A DNA stretch of 64,000 bases, taken from IMG/VR virus record IMGVR_UViG_3300032285_002884, one strand, 5' to 3'. The notes under the pieces were generated by a model. The model saw nothing but the letters and a program-made list of their open reading frames with translations, searched no databases and was not told where the DNA came from. This document shows positions 24,586 to 34,144 of this stretch, piece after piece. Within the stretch, counting starts at the first letter, position 1; each line of letters opens with the position of its first letter. This DNA is from a virus. A program made the translations under genes and the position numbers.

Positions 24586-26130
24586 ATGGATCTAGTCAAC
24601 GACATCAGTTTTATAGCTCGTGAAACCGATAAGATAAAGAACTTCAATAGAAGCATTATCGAGGTAGCGGGCGAAGGCATCAAGTCTGGACACCTTCCGA
24701 CCGTCGGCAACGTCCCGTTTAACAGTGGCGAGAAGCTGCTGAGCCTTATGCAGAGGATCGACCCGTGTAACTCTTCTGGAGCCATCTCTGCTGCTCTCAA
24801 TGCGATGCACTCGATTCAGAGTCTAATGCAGGCCCTGACTTCCGTAGCGTCTATGGCATCTATCCAGAACTTCCTATCTTCGGGAATAGCCGACGCACTG
24901 AATGGAATAGCTGGAGGACTCTTAGGCGGAGCCGCGTCTGTTCTATCTTCACTTCAGAACGCAGCATCTTTGTTGTCTGGTATCCAGTCAGTTCTCTCTG
25001 ACGCTGCAGGGTCGGTAGCCGGCCTAGTAAACGACCTCTCTACTTCTATTGGGTCAATATCTGGTCTATTGAACGGGCTAGCGCAGGCTGCAGAGTCAGC
25101 ACTTTTCGCGGCCATCTGCTCTTCGCCGTGCGGTGACTCTATGGGCAGAGGAGGTGTACTCTCTCCTCTAGCAGCGCTCGCACAGCTGGCAGGCATGTCT
25201 CTCACCGAGCTCTCTGGAATAACTGAGATACCTCTTCTCATAGAGGAGATAGCTAACACAGCAGCCTACATTCGTACCAATGGTCAGCACAATGGATTCT
25301 CACAAGAGTGTCTGAGAAGACTTCTCGATAGACTCATGGGTAATAACAATCCCTGTGGTCTTCTCGGAGCCCTCATCGGCGCAATCACGGCTATACTGGG
25401 ACAAGAATCTTTCGTTGGCGATCCAAATAAACCAGACGGCATCAAGATGCCTTCGGGAACCGGATCGTTCAGCTTCATGATGACTATCATGAATATGATA
25501 AAGAAGATCAGATCAGTCCTGAGCAACGTTCTAGGTACTCTCGACGCTTTGGCCGCTCTCGACGAGGCACTCTCCTGTTCAGGATACACTCCCTATGTCC
25601 AGCGTGACTATACTCCTCCAGTCTATCTCAGCAACAACTACGTCCCTAAAGGTGTCAACGGAGGTCCCGGAGGCTCAGGCGGAGACGTCGGGGGTGGTGG
25701 AGGCTTTGATGGCGTCATCTCTAATAACTTTATAGCCAATACTGCTAGAACAATAGCCAATACTGCTAGAATAAATGGATCAGTATTAAGTCCATATAGT
25801 ACCAATATTTCTACGAATAACCTAGCAAACAACGTTCCTAGAAACATGGAAGTCGTAGTCAAATTAAACTCGGCGGCGACTCCTCTAGATACAACACAAT
25901 TTGGAGTCGGTGGAACAGGTACTGGATCAGGTGGTGGAACAATTGGAACTGGTACTGGAACAGGTACTGGATCTGGTGGTGGAACAATTGGAACTGGTAC
26001 TGGATCAGGTGGTAGAATAACTGGAACAGGGATGCCAGTTCAAGTTACTTCCAGTAGAGTTGAAATAGTAGATACTATTCAGTTTGGATCAAACATCCTC
26101 TTTACCAACATTCCGAGGAAGAATAGATAA
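24586..26130 (+). CDS. gp5-associated middle protein, Ala/Ser/Leu/Gly-rich, unknown function
   Basis: Lies between gp5 OB and gp5 beta-helix ORFs; no lysozyme motif seen. Confidence 0.65.
   Translation: MDLVNDISFIARETDKIKNFNRSIIEVAGEGIKSGHLPTVGNVPFNSGEKLLSLMQRIDPCNSSGAISAALNAMHSIQSLMQALTSVASMASIQNFLSSGIADALNGIAGGLLGGAASVLSSLQNAASLLSGIQSVLSDAAGSVAGLVNDLSTSIGSISGLLNGLAQAAESALFAAICSSPCGDSMGRGGVLSPLAALAQLAGMSLTELSGITEIPLLIEEIANTAAYIRTNGQHNGFSQECLRRLLDRLMGNNNPCGLLGALIGAITAILGQESFVGDPNKPDGIKMPSGTGSFSFMMTIMNMIKKIRSVLSNVLGTLDALAALDEALSCSGYTPYVQRDYTPPVYLSNNYVPKGVNGGPGGSGGDVGGGGGFDGVISNNFIANTARTIANTARINGSVLSPYSTNISTNNLANNVPRNMEVVVKLNSAATPLDTTQFGVGGTGTGSGGGTIGTGTGTGTGSGGGTIGTGTGSGGRITGTGMPVQVTSSRVEIVDTIQFGSNILFTNIPRKNR
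25732..26030 (+). repeat. Short tandem repeats in an AT-shifted patch (IANTART x2; GTGSGGGTIGT units)
   Basis: ATAGCCAATACTGCTAGAA twice; GGTGGTGGAACAATTGGAACTGGTACTGGA twice. Confidence 0.85.
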
Positions 26131-26891
26131 TGGCCGACACTAGACACCCTAAGACGACTTATAATGCGCAGTATCCCTACAATAAGACATTCACGACTGA
26201 GAGCGGTCACTCGACAGAGTACGACGATACTCCTGGACATGAGAGGATAAGACACTCTCACAAGTCAGGCACTTACTGGGAAGTATCTTCCGACGGCAAG
26301 AAAGTCGAGCTAATCAGGGGCGACAGCTATGAGTACGTTAAAGGCGGCTTAACTATCTCGGTCGACAACAACGGCGATATCAAGATCTCTGGACATACCA
26401 GAATATCAATCGGAGGAGACGCCCACATCGAAGTAAAGGGTGACGTCTCAGCTGCAATCGGCGGTAACTTGTTCTCGGACGTCAATGGAAACATGGTCTC
26501 CTCGATCGCAAAAGACGTCTACCAGTCAGTCGATGGAAACTCATTCTCGTTGGTCTCTGGAAACATGAACGCCCTAGTAAACGGCGACATGGCATCGACC
26601 ATCAAGGGCACTCTCAGATCTTACGTCGGCGGTGACTCTATCACTCAGGTGAACGGCAAGACGAACATCAGGTCTAAGGGTGAGGTAAACCTACTCGCCG
26701 AGAGTAACGTCAGTGCTAGGATCTTAGGAAACCTCTCGGCTAAAGTCAACGGCAGCGCAAACGTTCAGGTGTTAGGCACTACCAGCGTCTACAGCAAGGG
26801 TAACATGAACATCAGCACCGATGGTGCCATGAACATAACTTCTAAGGGTGCAATGGTTCTAAAAGGTCAGACCATCAATCTGAACCCATAA
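26130..26891 (+). CDS. gp5: gp5 C-terminal beta-helix spike
   Basis: YPYNK..TESGH..EYDDTPGHERI..HKSGT; 8-residue VxGN repeats; ends INLN. Confidence 0.9.
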   Translation: MADTRHPKTTYNAQYPYNKTFTTESGHSTEYDDTPGHERIRHSHKSGTYWEVSSDGKKVELIRGDSYEYVKGGLTISVDNNGDIKISGHTRISIGGDAHIEVKGDVSAAIGGNLFSDVNGNMVSSIAKDVYQSVDGNSFSLVSGNMNALVNGDMASTIKGTLRSYVGGDSITQVNGKTNIRSKGEVNLLAESNVSARILGNLSAKVNGSANVQVLGTTSVYSKGNMNISTDGAMNITSKGAMVLKGQTINLNP

Positions 26892-26916
26892 ATACTTTGA
26901 TAGTGAGGGGGGAGAT

Positions 26917-27261
26917 ATGGCACAGGCGGTGGCTAGAAAAAACAATACGGATACCGTGTTCTCTCCTGACGGAACGGTGAGTGGAGAGTGCTCTCCTGGC
27001 GTTCCACAGTGTGATGCCCCAAGTATCCAGAGCACTCTAGAAGGTTCTAGTAATGTGTTCATAAACGGAATAGGTGCAGTGAGAATCGGTGATGCTATGA
27101 AAACACATACTCATGGCTGTGGGTGCGTGAATCACAGCCCTACTTTATCTACGAGCTCCTCCACCGTATTCGTTAACGGCAAAGGATTAGGAAGACTTGG
27201 TGATGCCTACGACGGAAACCATAGAATCTCTTCAGGCTCGTCAAACGTATTAGCAGGTTAG
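26917..27261 (+). CDS. PAAR-like spike tip (gp5.4)
   Basis: GSSNVFING...RIGD, TVFVNGK..GRLGD, GSSNV. Confidence 0.9.
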   Translation: MAQAVARKNNTDTVFSPDGTVSGECSPGVPQCDAPSIQSTLEGSSNVFINGIGAVRIGDAMKTHTHGCGCVNHSPTLSTSSSTVFVNGKGLGRLGDAYDGNHRISSGSSNVLAG

Positions 27262-27265
27262 TTAG

Positions 27266-27694
27266 ATGTCGATACTTACAAGAGCGGATAGAAATACATC
27301 GGTATCAAAGAGAGAAGTCAGGTACTCAGACTTCCTTACTAACTTTGATCTCAACCCTATCACGGACGAGCTATCTCGAGCCACCAACGAAGAAGCGGTA
27401 AAGCAGTCTATAAGGAACTTAATCCTTACTGCTCCAGGAGAAAGACCTTATCAGCCCGATATCGGATCTGGAATCAAGAACATCTTATTTGAGCCGATGG
27501 ATGAGATTACATCTATAGCTCTGACAAATGAGATAAAGAATACTATCAATAACCACGAACCGAGAGCAAACCTTGAAGACGTCTCGATCATCGCAAACGA
27601 GATCGATCAGTCATACTATGTGAATATCTTGTTCTCCATGATAAATAGCACGCAAGTCTCACAGATGAGCTTCGTTCTCAACAAAGTAAGATAA
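27266..27694 (+). CDS. gp25: Baseplate wedge subunit
   Basis: AVKQSIRNLILT.PGERPY.P.IGS, HEPRA. Confidence 0.95.
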   Translation: MSILTRADRNTSVSKREVRYSDFLTNFDLNPITDELSRATNEEAVKQSIRNLILTAPGERPYQPDIGSGIKNILFEPMDEITSIALTNEIKNTINNHEPRANLEDVSIIANEIDQSYYVNILFSMINSTQVSQMSFVLNKVR

Positions 27695-27695
27695 A

Positions 27696-29498
27696 ATGGC
27701 AGCAAACTCATCAATAGATCTTACCTCGCTAGATACCGATCTTATCGCGAGTAGTCTCAAGACTTACTTCAATAATCAGGTCGCGTTTAAGGACTACAAC
27801 TTCGACGGTTCAAACCTCGGCGTCTTGATCAACCTGCTGTCATATAACACGTTCCTCAACTCTTTCTATCTCAACATGATAGCGTCTGAGTCATTTCTCG
27901 ACACGGCACAGCTCGACACCAGCACCTACTCACACGCTAAAGCACTAAACTATACTCCAAAGAGCGCGACCTCCTCTAAGGCTACCGTTACCCTTAAGTT
28001 CTCTACTTCTCCGGTAAGCAACGTCTCGACTATCATCCTGCCAAAGGGAACCGGCTTTACCGCCAAGGTCGGCACGAACAGCTACAGCTTCTATACAGAC
28101 GCTACTCAGGTATTCCATTCAAGTAACAATACTTGGACTATCCCGAACATCGACATATATGAAGGCTCATACGTCACTGACACGTTCATTATGAACTACT
28201 CTGACACCAATCAGAGATTTATCCTTACAAACGACACAGTCGATATCTCGACCATAGCAGTCACGCTGATCGAAGACGGATCGACTTATCTCTCATATCT
28301 CAAGAAGCAGACCCTTCTCGACGTCACAGATCAGTCCAAAGTATTCTTCGTACAGGGCTCTGAGAACGGGATGTTTGAAGTAGTCTTTGGCGACGGGATC
28401 TCGGGCCGTCGCCCTAAAGACGGCGCCATCATCTCGATCAACTATAGAATCTCGAGTGGCACTGGTCCAAACGGAGCTTCTAAGTTTACTCTGAACTCAG
28501 ACATCACCGGCGGCGCTCTTCTAGGCTCGGCCACGGTCACTACTCAGTCCTCAGCTATCGGAGGAAGCATTAAAGAGACCGCCAGCTCGGTCAAGTTCAA
28601 CGCGCCTAGATACTTCCAGACTCAAGAGCGCGCAGTCACGCCGACCGACTATGAGACTCTAATAAAGATCCAGTTTCCCGAGATCAAGAACATCGCGATC
28701 TACGGCGGTGAGACGGTCAACCCTCCTAGATACGGCAAGGTGTTCGTCTCAGTAGATATCTCAAACGTGCAAGGCTTTCCGGACTCTAAGAAGACTCTGT
28801 ACTATAACTTCTTAAAGCCTAAGATGCCGCTCACACACGAGCCTATATTCGTATCGCCTACATATATCTATTATAGCATCAACTCTCTAGTGAGATACAA
28901 CGTTAACTTGACTAACATGACTCCGACAGAGGTCGCCACCATCGTCAAGAACTCAGTTGTAAACTTTGATTCTACGTATCTTGGAAAGTTTAACTCGATC
29001 TTGAGATACAGCCAGCTTACCAAAGCCATCGACGCATCAGATACTTCTATTATTGGCAACGAGACCGAAGTATACGCTTACAAGAAGATCTATCCAAAGC
29101 TGAACACTTCTCAGAATATCAAGATCAACTTTAACCTACCTATCCTCGATACTCTCTTCCCTATTGGAAAAGTTCATCCGATCGCCGACCTTCATGCGAT
29201 CTACTCTTCCGAGATTTTCTACAATGGCGAGGCCTGCTACCTCGAAGACGACGCTAACGGCATCATCAGGATAGTTAAGTCGTCAGGCAATAACCACATT
29301 GTAGTCAAAGAAGTTGGAACCATTGACTATGCATCTGGAGTCGTTAATCTAGTGAACTTTAGCATCGACTACTACAGTGGCCCAGAGCTCAAGATATACG
29401 CGATCACAGCAGAGAAAGACATCTATGCTGGGCAGAACGATATTCTACAGCTAGAGCCGAGTGAGATCAACTTAACAATTCAAGCTATAAGGGAGTAA
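27696..29498 (+). CDS. gp6: Baseplate wedge subunit
   Basis: FKDYNFDGS, ESFLDTAQL, FGDG, QERAVT..DY, PPRYGKVF. Confidence 0.95.
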   Translation: MAANSSIDLTSLDTDLIASSLKTYFNNQVAFKDYNFDGSNLGVLINLLSYNTFLNSFYLNMIASESFLDTAQLDTSTYSHAKALNYTPKSATSSKATVTLKFSTSPVSNVSTIILPKGTGFTAKVGTNSYSFYTDATQVFHSSNNTWTIPNIDIYEGSYVTDTFIMNYSDTNQRFILTNDTVDISTIAVTLIEDGSTYLSYLKKQTLLDVTDQSKVFFVQGSENGMFEVVFGDGISGRRPKDGAIISINYRISSGTGPNGASKFTLNSDITGGALLGSATVTTQSSAIGGSIKETASSVKFNAPRYFQTQERAVTPTDYETLIKIQFPEIKNIAIYGGETVNPPRYGKVFVSVDISNVQGFPDSKKTLYYNFLKPKMPLTHEPIFVSPTYIYYSINSLVRYNVNLTNMTPTEVATIVKNSVVNFDSTYLGKFNSILRYSQLTKAIDASDTSIIGNETEVYAYKKIYPKLNTSQNIKINFNLPILDTLFPIGKVHPIADLHAIYSSEIFYNGEACYLEDDANGIIRIVKSSGNNHIVVKEVGTIDYASGVVNLVNFSIDYYSGPELKIYAITAEKDIYAGQNDILQLEPSEINLTIQAIRE

Positions 29499-29501
29499 GA
29501 C

Positions 29502-32054
29502 ATGGCTGCTCCCAACAGCTACCCTCTGATCTCGACCCTCATCCCTTCTCAGTTCCCAGCTGTCTATAGGGAAGACGGACCGCTCTTTGTTGAGTTCGTC
29601 AAGCAGTACTATGAGTGGATGGAGTCTCAGGGGCCAGTCTACTATTCTAGAAAACTTCAGAACTTTCAAGACATCGACACGACCGAAGAATCGTTCTTAG
29701 TTCACTTCAAAGAGAAGTACCTCAAGAACATCCAGTTCCAGACCGCTACCAACACGCGACTCCTCGTCAAGCACAGTCTAGACCTGTATAGATCAAAGGG
29801 TACCGAGAGGGCCATCAACTTATTCTTCAGACTCGTGTTCGGTGAAGACGCTCAGGTCTACTATCCTGGACTCGACGTCATGAGGTCTTCTGATGCCAAG
29901 TGGTACAGCCCGACTTATCTCGAGGTAACGCAGAACGATGGTAACAGGTTCTTTGTAAACAAAGAGATCATCGGACTAAACTCAGGAGCTACCGCGTTCG
30001 TCGACGGCGTGGTTACCAGAAGGTTTCAGGGAAAGTACATCGACGTATTCTACATCTCGGGAATAACCAAGGACTTCATCACCGGTGAGACGATTACCCT
30101 TGCAACTGCAGACTCTACAGTCAGCTACGTTAACCCGATCGTTGTCGGCTCGCTTACTTCGGCTATCATATCCGATGGCGGCGCTGGATTTAGTATAGGT
30201 GAGATTGTAAACATCTATAGCAGCAGCGGAAGAGGAAAGCAGGGACTTGGACGAGTATCTTCTCTAGCCTCGATCTCAGGCGCAGCGCAGATCACACTGC
30301 TGGACGGCGGATGGGGATACAGCACCAACTCATCGTATAACCTAGTCTCCTCTAACGTGCTGAGACTTGGTAACGTCAACATCGTTCCAATCGATCTCAA
30401 TACTTTTACTTTTACCGTCGGCAAAGTAATTCAGCCACTAGCTAATATCCAGATGAGCTATGGCAAGTACGTATCAAACTCAGCTTCTGCTATGTTTGCC
30501 GTAGGCGACATAATCAGCACTTATTCAGGCGGAGTCGTCAACTCGACCGGTCGCGTCATCTCGATCTCGCTTTCTGGTACGCCAAACTCAGCCTACATCC
30601 TAGCTTCTATACTTACAGGTAACCTTCAATCTAACAGCGTATACTATAATCAGAGTAACTCGATAACCGCTAACTCTGCGTCATACGTCGACGTCTCTGC
30701 TACGGGTACTGGCGTCGGCTTATCTTCCAACGGTTACGTTAACTACAGCGGGATTGGTGGGTCTTTCTCGATTGCCGACCAGATATATCAGGTCAACCCA
30801 CTTGGCGTAGAGACAGCCAACGCTATAGTAAAGTCGGTAGTCGCTAACGGTCTAATTGGAAACCTATACGTCACCAACAGCATCGGACTCTTTATCAGCG
30901 GATACTCTATCTATAATAGATCAAACACAGCTATCGCTACAGTAAACTCAATAGCCATCGACGTCGGCATAATCCAGACCAGTAACAGCGGATTTGTAAG
31001 CTTTCCTGGCAACTTCGTCTATGAACCGAAGTACGGATCAAACGGTCAGGTATATAGCGTGTCTTCGGGTTCAGGAGCTAACTTCAACGTCGCTACTATC
31101 TCGTATACCGACGACGTCTATCTAGCTGACTTGATACTTCCGTTCAAGTCAGTAAGTCTCAACTCAGCGACTTACGTTGGTACCGGCGGAGTAACTTTCA
31201 AGCTAGCTTCTGCTAATCATGCCACAAAGCTGAGCGACGCTCTAAACAATACTGCAATTACAGTCGGTACTATCTCGACTATAACGGCAGTGAATCCAGG
31301 AATAAACTACACGTATGCTCCGTTCATCACAACGATCGAGCCGAGAATCTATAACTTCAGAAAGAGAGACTTCATCTTTACTCTCTCGAATACTAACGGA
31401 AGCTTTATTCCAGGCGAGATAGTGACGCAGGATACGACGAACGGCAGAGGTATCGTCCAGACCTCGAACAGCACCACGCTGTATGTAAGAAGGACTACCT
31501 TCTATGATAAGTTCGTGCAGGCAAACAGCACGGTAGACTATAAGATCAGAGGGACGACCTCACTCGCAAACTCAAGTCTCTTTACACTGCAGCCTCAGGC
31601 AAGTGCTTTTGCTGGATTCAACGACGTCGTTCAGACCAAGGCTGTCAGCGCTACCGGCTCAGTAGCTTCCATGGACATCGTCGACTCAGGATTTGGATAC
31701 ATCGATGGCGATACAGTCAACTTCTCTTCACTCGACGGCACGAGAACTGGAACGATCAAAGTAAGCCTTGGAAAGCAAGGCAGAGGCTCAGGTAAGTACT
31801 TGACTCAGAGTGGCTTCTTGAGCGCTGATAAATACTTATTCGATGGCGACTACTATCAAGACTTCTCGTACGTGATCAACACCGCGGTCTCTTCAGAGAA
31901 GTATTCTGACATGATAGACAAGGTCCTTCACTTGTCCGGTACTAAGCACTTCTATGGTATCTCAAAGAAGGCTTTCTCAAATACTCAGATGGTAGTGGCA
32001 AACGCTAAGATCGTCGTGAGTAACTCTTCATATTCTAACAGTATTCAACTATAA
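29502..32054 (+). CDS. gp7: Baseplate wedge initiator
   Basis: FVKQYYEWME, YRSKGT, DGDYYQDFSYV, LHLSG. Confidence 0.88.
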   Translation: MAAPNSYPLISTLIPSQFPAVYREDGPLFVEFVKQYYEWMESQGPVYYSRKLQNFQDIDTTEESFLVHFKEKYLKNIQFQTATNTRLLVKHSLDLYRSKGTERAINLFFRLVFGEDAQVYYPGLDVMRSSDAKWYSPTYLEVTQNDGNRFFVNKEIIGLNSGATAFVDGVVTRRFQGKYIDVFYISGITKDFITGETITLATADSTVSYVNPIVVGSLTSAIISDGGAGFSIGEIVNIYSSSGRGKQGLGRVSSLASISGAAQITLLDGGWGYSTNSSYNLVSSNVLRLGNVNIVPIDLNTFTFTVGKVIQPLANIQMSYGKYVSNSASAMFAVGDIISTYSGGVVNSTGRVISISLSGTPNSAYILASILTGNLQSNSVYYNQSNSITANSASYVDVSATGTGVGLSSNGYVNYSGIGGSFSIADQIYQVNPLGVETANAIVKSVVANGLIGNLYVTNSIGLFISGYSIYNRSNTAIATVNSIAIDVGIIQTSNSGFVSFPGNFVYEPKYGSNGQVYSVSSGSGANFNVATISYTDDVYLADLILPFKSVSLNSATYVGTGGVTFKLASANHATKLSDALNNTAITVGTISTITAVNPGINYTYAPFITTIEPRIYNFRKRDFIFTLSNTNGSFIPGEIVTQDTTNGRGIVQTSNSTTLYVRRTTFYDKFVQANSTVDYKIRGTTSLANSSLFTLQPQASAFAGFNDVVQTKAVSATGSVASMDIVDSGFGYIDGDTVNFSSLDGTRTGTIKVSLGKQGRGSGKYLTQSGFLSADKYLFDGDYYQDFSYVINTAVSSEKYSDMIDKVLHLSGTKHFYGISKKAFSNTQMVVANAKIVVSNSSYSNSIQL

Positions 32055-32068
32055 GCTCGGGCATCATA

Positions 32069-34132
32069 ATGGCAAATAGGCTGATAACAACCAACTACAG
32101 TATCAACAACGCTAAGTCTTTCTTGGACTCATTTAACTCTTCTGGGGAGTCATCTGTTTCAGGAGATAACAGATACTACTTCTTCGTTGGATACAGTAAT
32201 AGGGTCGGCTCTACTCCACCCGTTCCAAACGACGATACGTATGATACTCTGTCCGATGCATATAGAAACATGTTGTTTGGAAAGAAGATTGCAAATACCG
32301 ATGTCAGTCTCTGCATTCCTAGATACGACTACACAGCAAACTCGGTGTATGCTCAGTATGATGATCGAGACCCACTGCTCTTTACTAAAGCCTTCTTTGT
32401 AAACAACGGCGGCAACATCTTCAAGTGTCTCTTCAACAACTCAAACAATGCTTCAACAGTCCCTCCCGACGTAGCGCAGATCGACATCAATGATGAGATC
32501 TTTATCACCAGTGACGGATATGTATGGAAGTACATGTACTCTATTGATTCGGGATCCAACACTAAATTCACGACTTCTCAGTATCTACCGGTAGTCCCAA
32601 ACAGTTCGGTGATAGCTGTATCAGTTCCAGGCTCTATCGATGTCGTTTCTGTCGACAGCGGTGGTTCCGGATATAGTAACTACATCGCGAGTGGTACCTT
32701 TAAAGTTTTCAGCGACTACGTCGGCGGTACTATTCCGCTCAACTTGACAGGAAGCCCGACCTACTACGGCATAACCGGCGGCGTAGCGACTCCTAACTTC
32801 TATGTCGGCTGCTATATCCACATCACTGGGAGCACGGCGAGCTCACCATCGGTTGGACAGTATAGAAAGATCATAGCCTCTTCTACTACAGGAAGCACGG
32901 TATACGTCCAGCTTCAGAGCGCTTTCAATCCAGTTCCGGACAACACCTGCAGCTTTGAGATCTACCCTTCAGTAGACATCGTCGGAGATTCTACCGAGAC
33001 GATCACTGCAGTCGCTATCGCCGTCATCAATGCATCGTCGAGCAACACGATCAGTCGAGTCAAGATGCTCGAACGCGGCAAGGATTATAAGTATGCTACC
33101 GCGACTGTAAACGCTCCTATTATCGTCTCGCAGCAGCCTGGATTCTCAGCGGCCTCTGTCAGGCCGATTCTCCCTCCAAGAGGGGGTCATGGCGCCAACC
33201 CATACGAGGAGCTCGGAGCCAAGTACGTAGGAGTCAGCGTCACTCTAGCTAACTCTGAAGCTAACTCCATCATAGCCAACAACACGTACTCTCAGTACGG
33301 AATACTTAAAGACCCGCTGTTCGCGAACGTCTCGCTCAACGTCAACAACAAGATCGGTACCTTTGCTCCTGCAGAGAACATCTATAAGTTCAAGCCTTAC
33401 GCTCTTTCAGGAACAATCACTACACAGACAGGAAACTCGGTCATAGTGGGTTTCGGCACCAGCTTTAATAAGTCATATGCTGCGGGCGACTATATCTACA
33501 TCACAAACAGCTCAAACACAATATATCAGTTCGCAAAAGTCTCAAGCGTTACGAACTCTGTATATCTCACCCTAAACACTGGAGCTACCTTTACTGACTC
33601 TCTAGGCATCTATGGTGAGTCAGACGTAGTCAGCACCGGCGTCGTCGTAAGTCAGGCCCTCAACAACATTGTCGTGACTAATACATATGGTACCTTTGCT
33701 ACCAGCGATCAAGTCATCGGACTTACTACGGGAGCTGTAGCTACGGTCAACTCGGTGTCTAGAAGCAATCAGACTAAGGGTTTCCAGACCTTCGTCCAGA
33801 TGTTCTCATATGACGGCACCCTTACTTCTGGAACGTTCATCGCTGACGAGCAAGTAGTACCCTCAGATAATCAGTATGCCAACGCTACGTTCCACTCCCT
33901 TGTAGACTATGGTACCTACAAGAGGATATACTTGACAGATCAGACCGGCGCTATCACTGCTGGTGGTGGATATTTACTTGGTCAGACCAGCGGCGCGAAG
34001 TTCACCATGTCTAATAAATACTATCCGGAGCTAGTGTATGGTTCTGGACAAGTTCTATACATTGAGAACATAGATCCAATTACTCGAAAGAGTGATCAAT
34101 CAGAGAATTTTAAGCTCATCCTCGAGTTTTAA
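32069..34132 (+). CDS. gp8: Baseplate wedge subunit
   Basis: FKCLFNN, DGYVWKYMY, PPRGGHG, YIENIDPITR..Q.E.FKLILEF. Confidence 0.92.
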   Translation: MANRLITTNYSINNAKSFLDSFNSSGESSVSGDNRYYFFVGYSNRVGSTPPVPNDDTYDTLSDAYRNMLFGKKIANTDVSLCIPRYDYTANSVYAQYDDRDPLLFTKAFFVNNGGNIFKCLFNNSNNASTVPPDVAQIDINDEIFITSDGYVWKYMYSIDSGSNTKFTTSQYLPVVPNSSVIAVSVPGSIDVVSVDSGGSGYSNYIASGTFKVFSDYVGGTIPLNLTGSPTYYGITGGVATPNFYVGCYIHITGSTASSPSVGQYRKIIASSTTGSTVYVQLQSAFNPVPDNTCSFEIYPSVDIVGDSTETITAVAIAVINASSSNTISRVKMLERGKDYKYATATVNAPIIVSQQPGFSAASVRPILPPRGGHGANPYEELGAKYVGVSVTLANSEANSIIANNTYSQYGILKDPLFANVSLNVNNKIGTFAPAENIYKFKPYALSGTITTQTGNSVIVGFGTSFNKSYAAGDYIYITNSSNTIYQFAKVSSVTNSVYLTLNTGATFTDSLGIYGESDVVSTGVVVSQALNNIVVTNTYGTFATSDQVIGLTTGAVATVNSVSRSNQTKGFQTFVQMFSYDGTLTSGTFIADEQVVPSDNQYANATFHSLVDYGTYKRIYLTDQTGAITAGGGYLLGQTSGAKFTMSNKYYPELVYGSGQVLYIENIDPITRKSDQSENFKLILEF

Positions 34133-34144
34133 CAGGGATAGAAT

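Noticed and set aside
24570-24590. Intron or stop read-through joining the gp5 pieces
   Set aside because: Gap is only 10 nt, frames differ, and no slippery run or group I features are visible.
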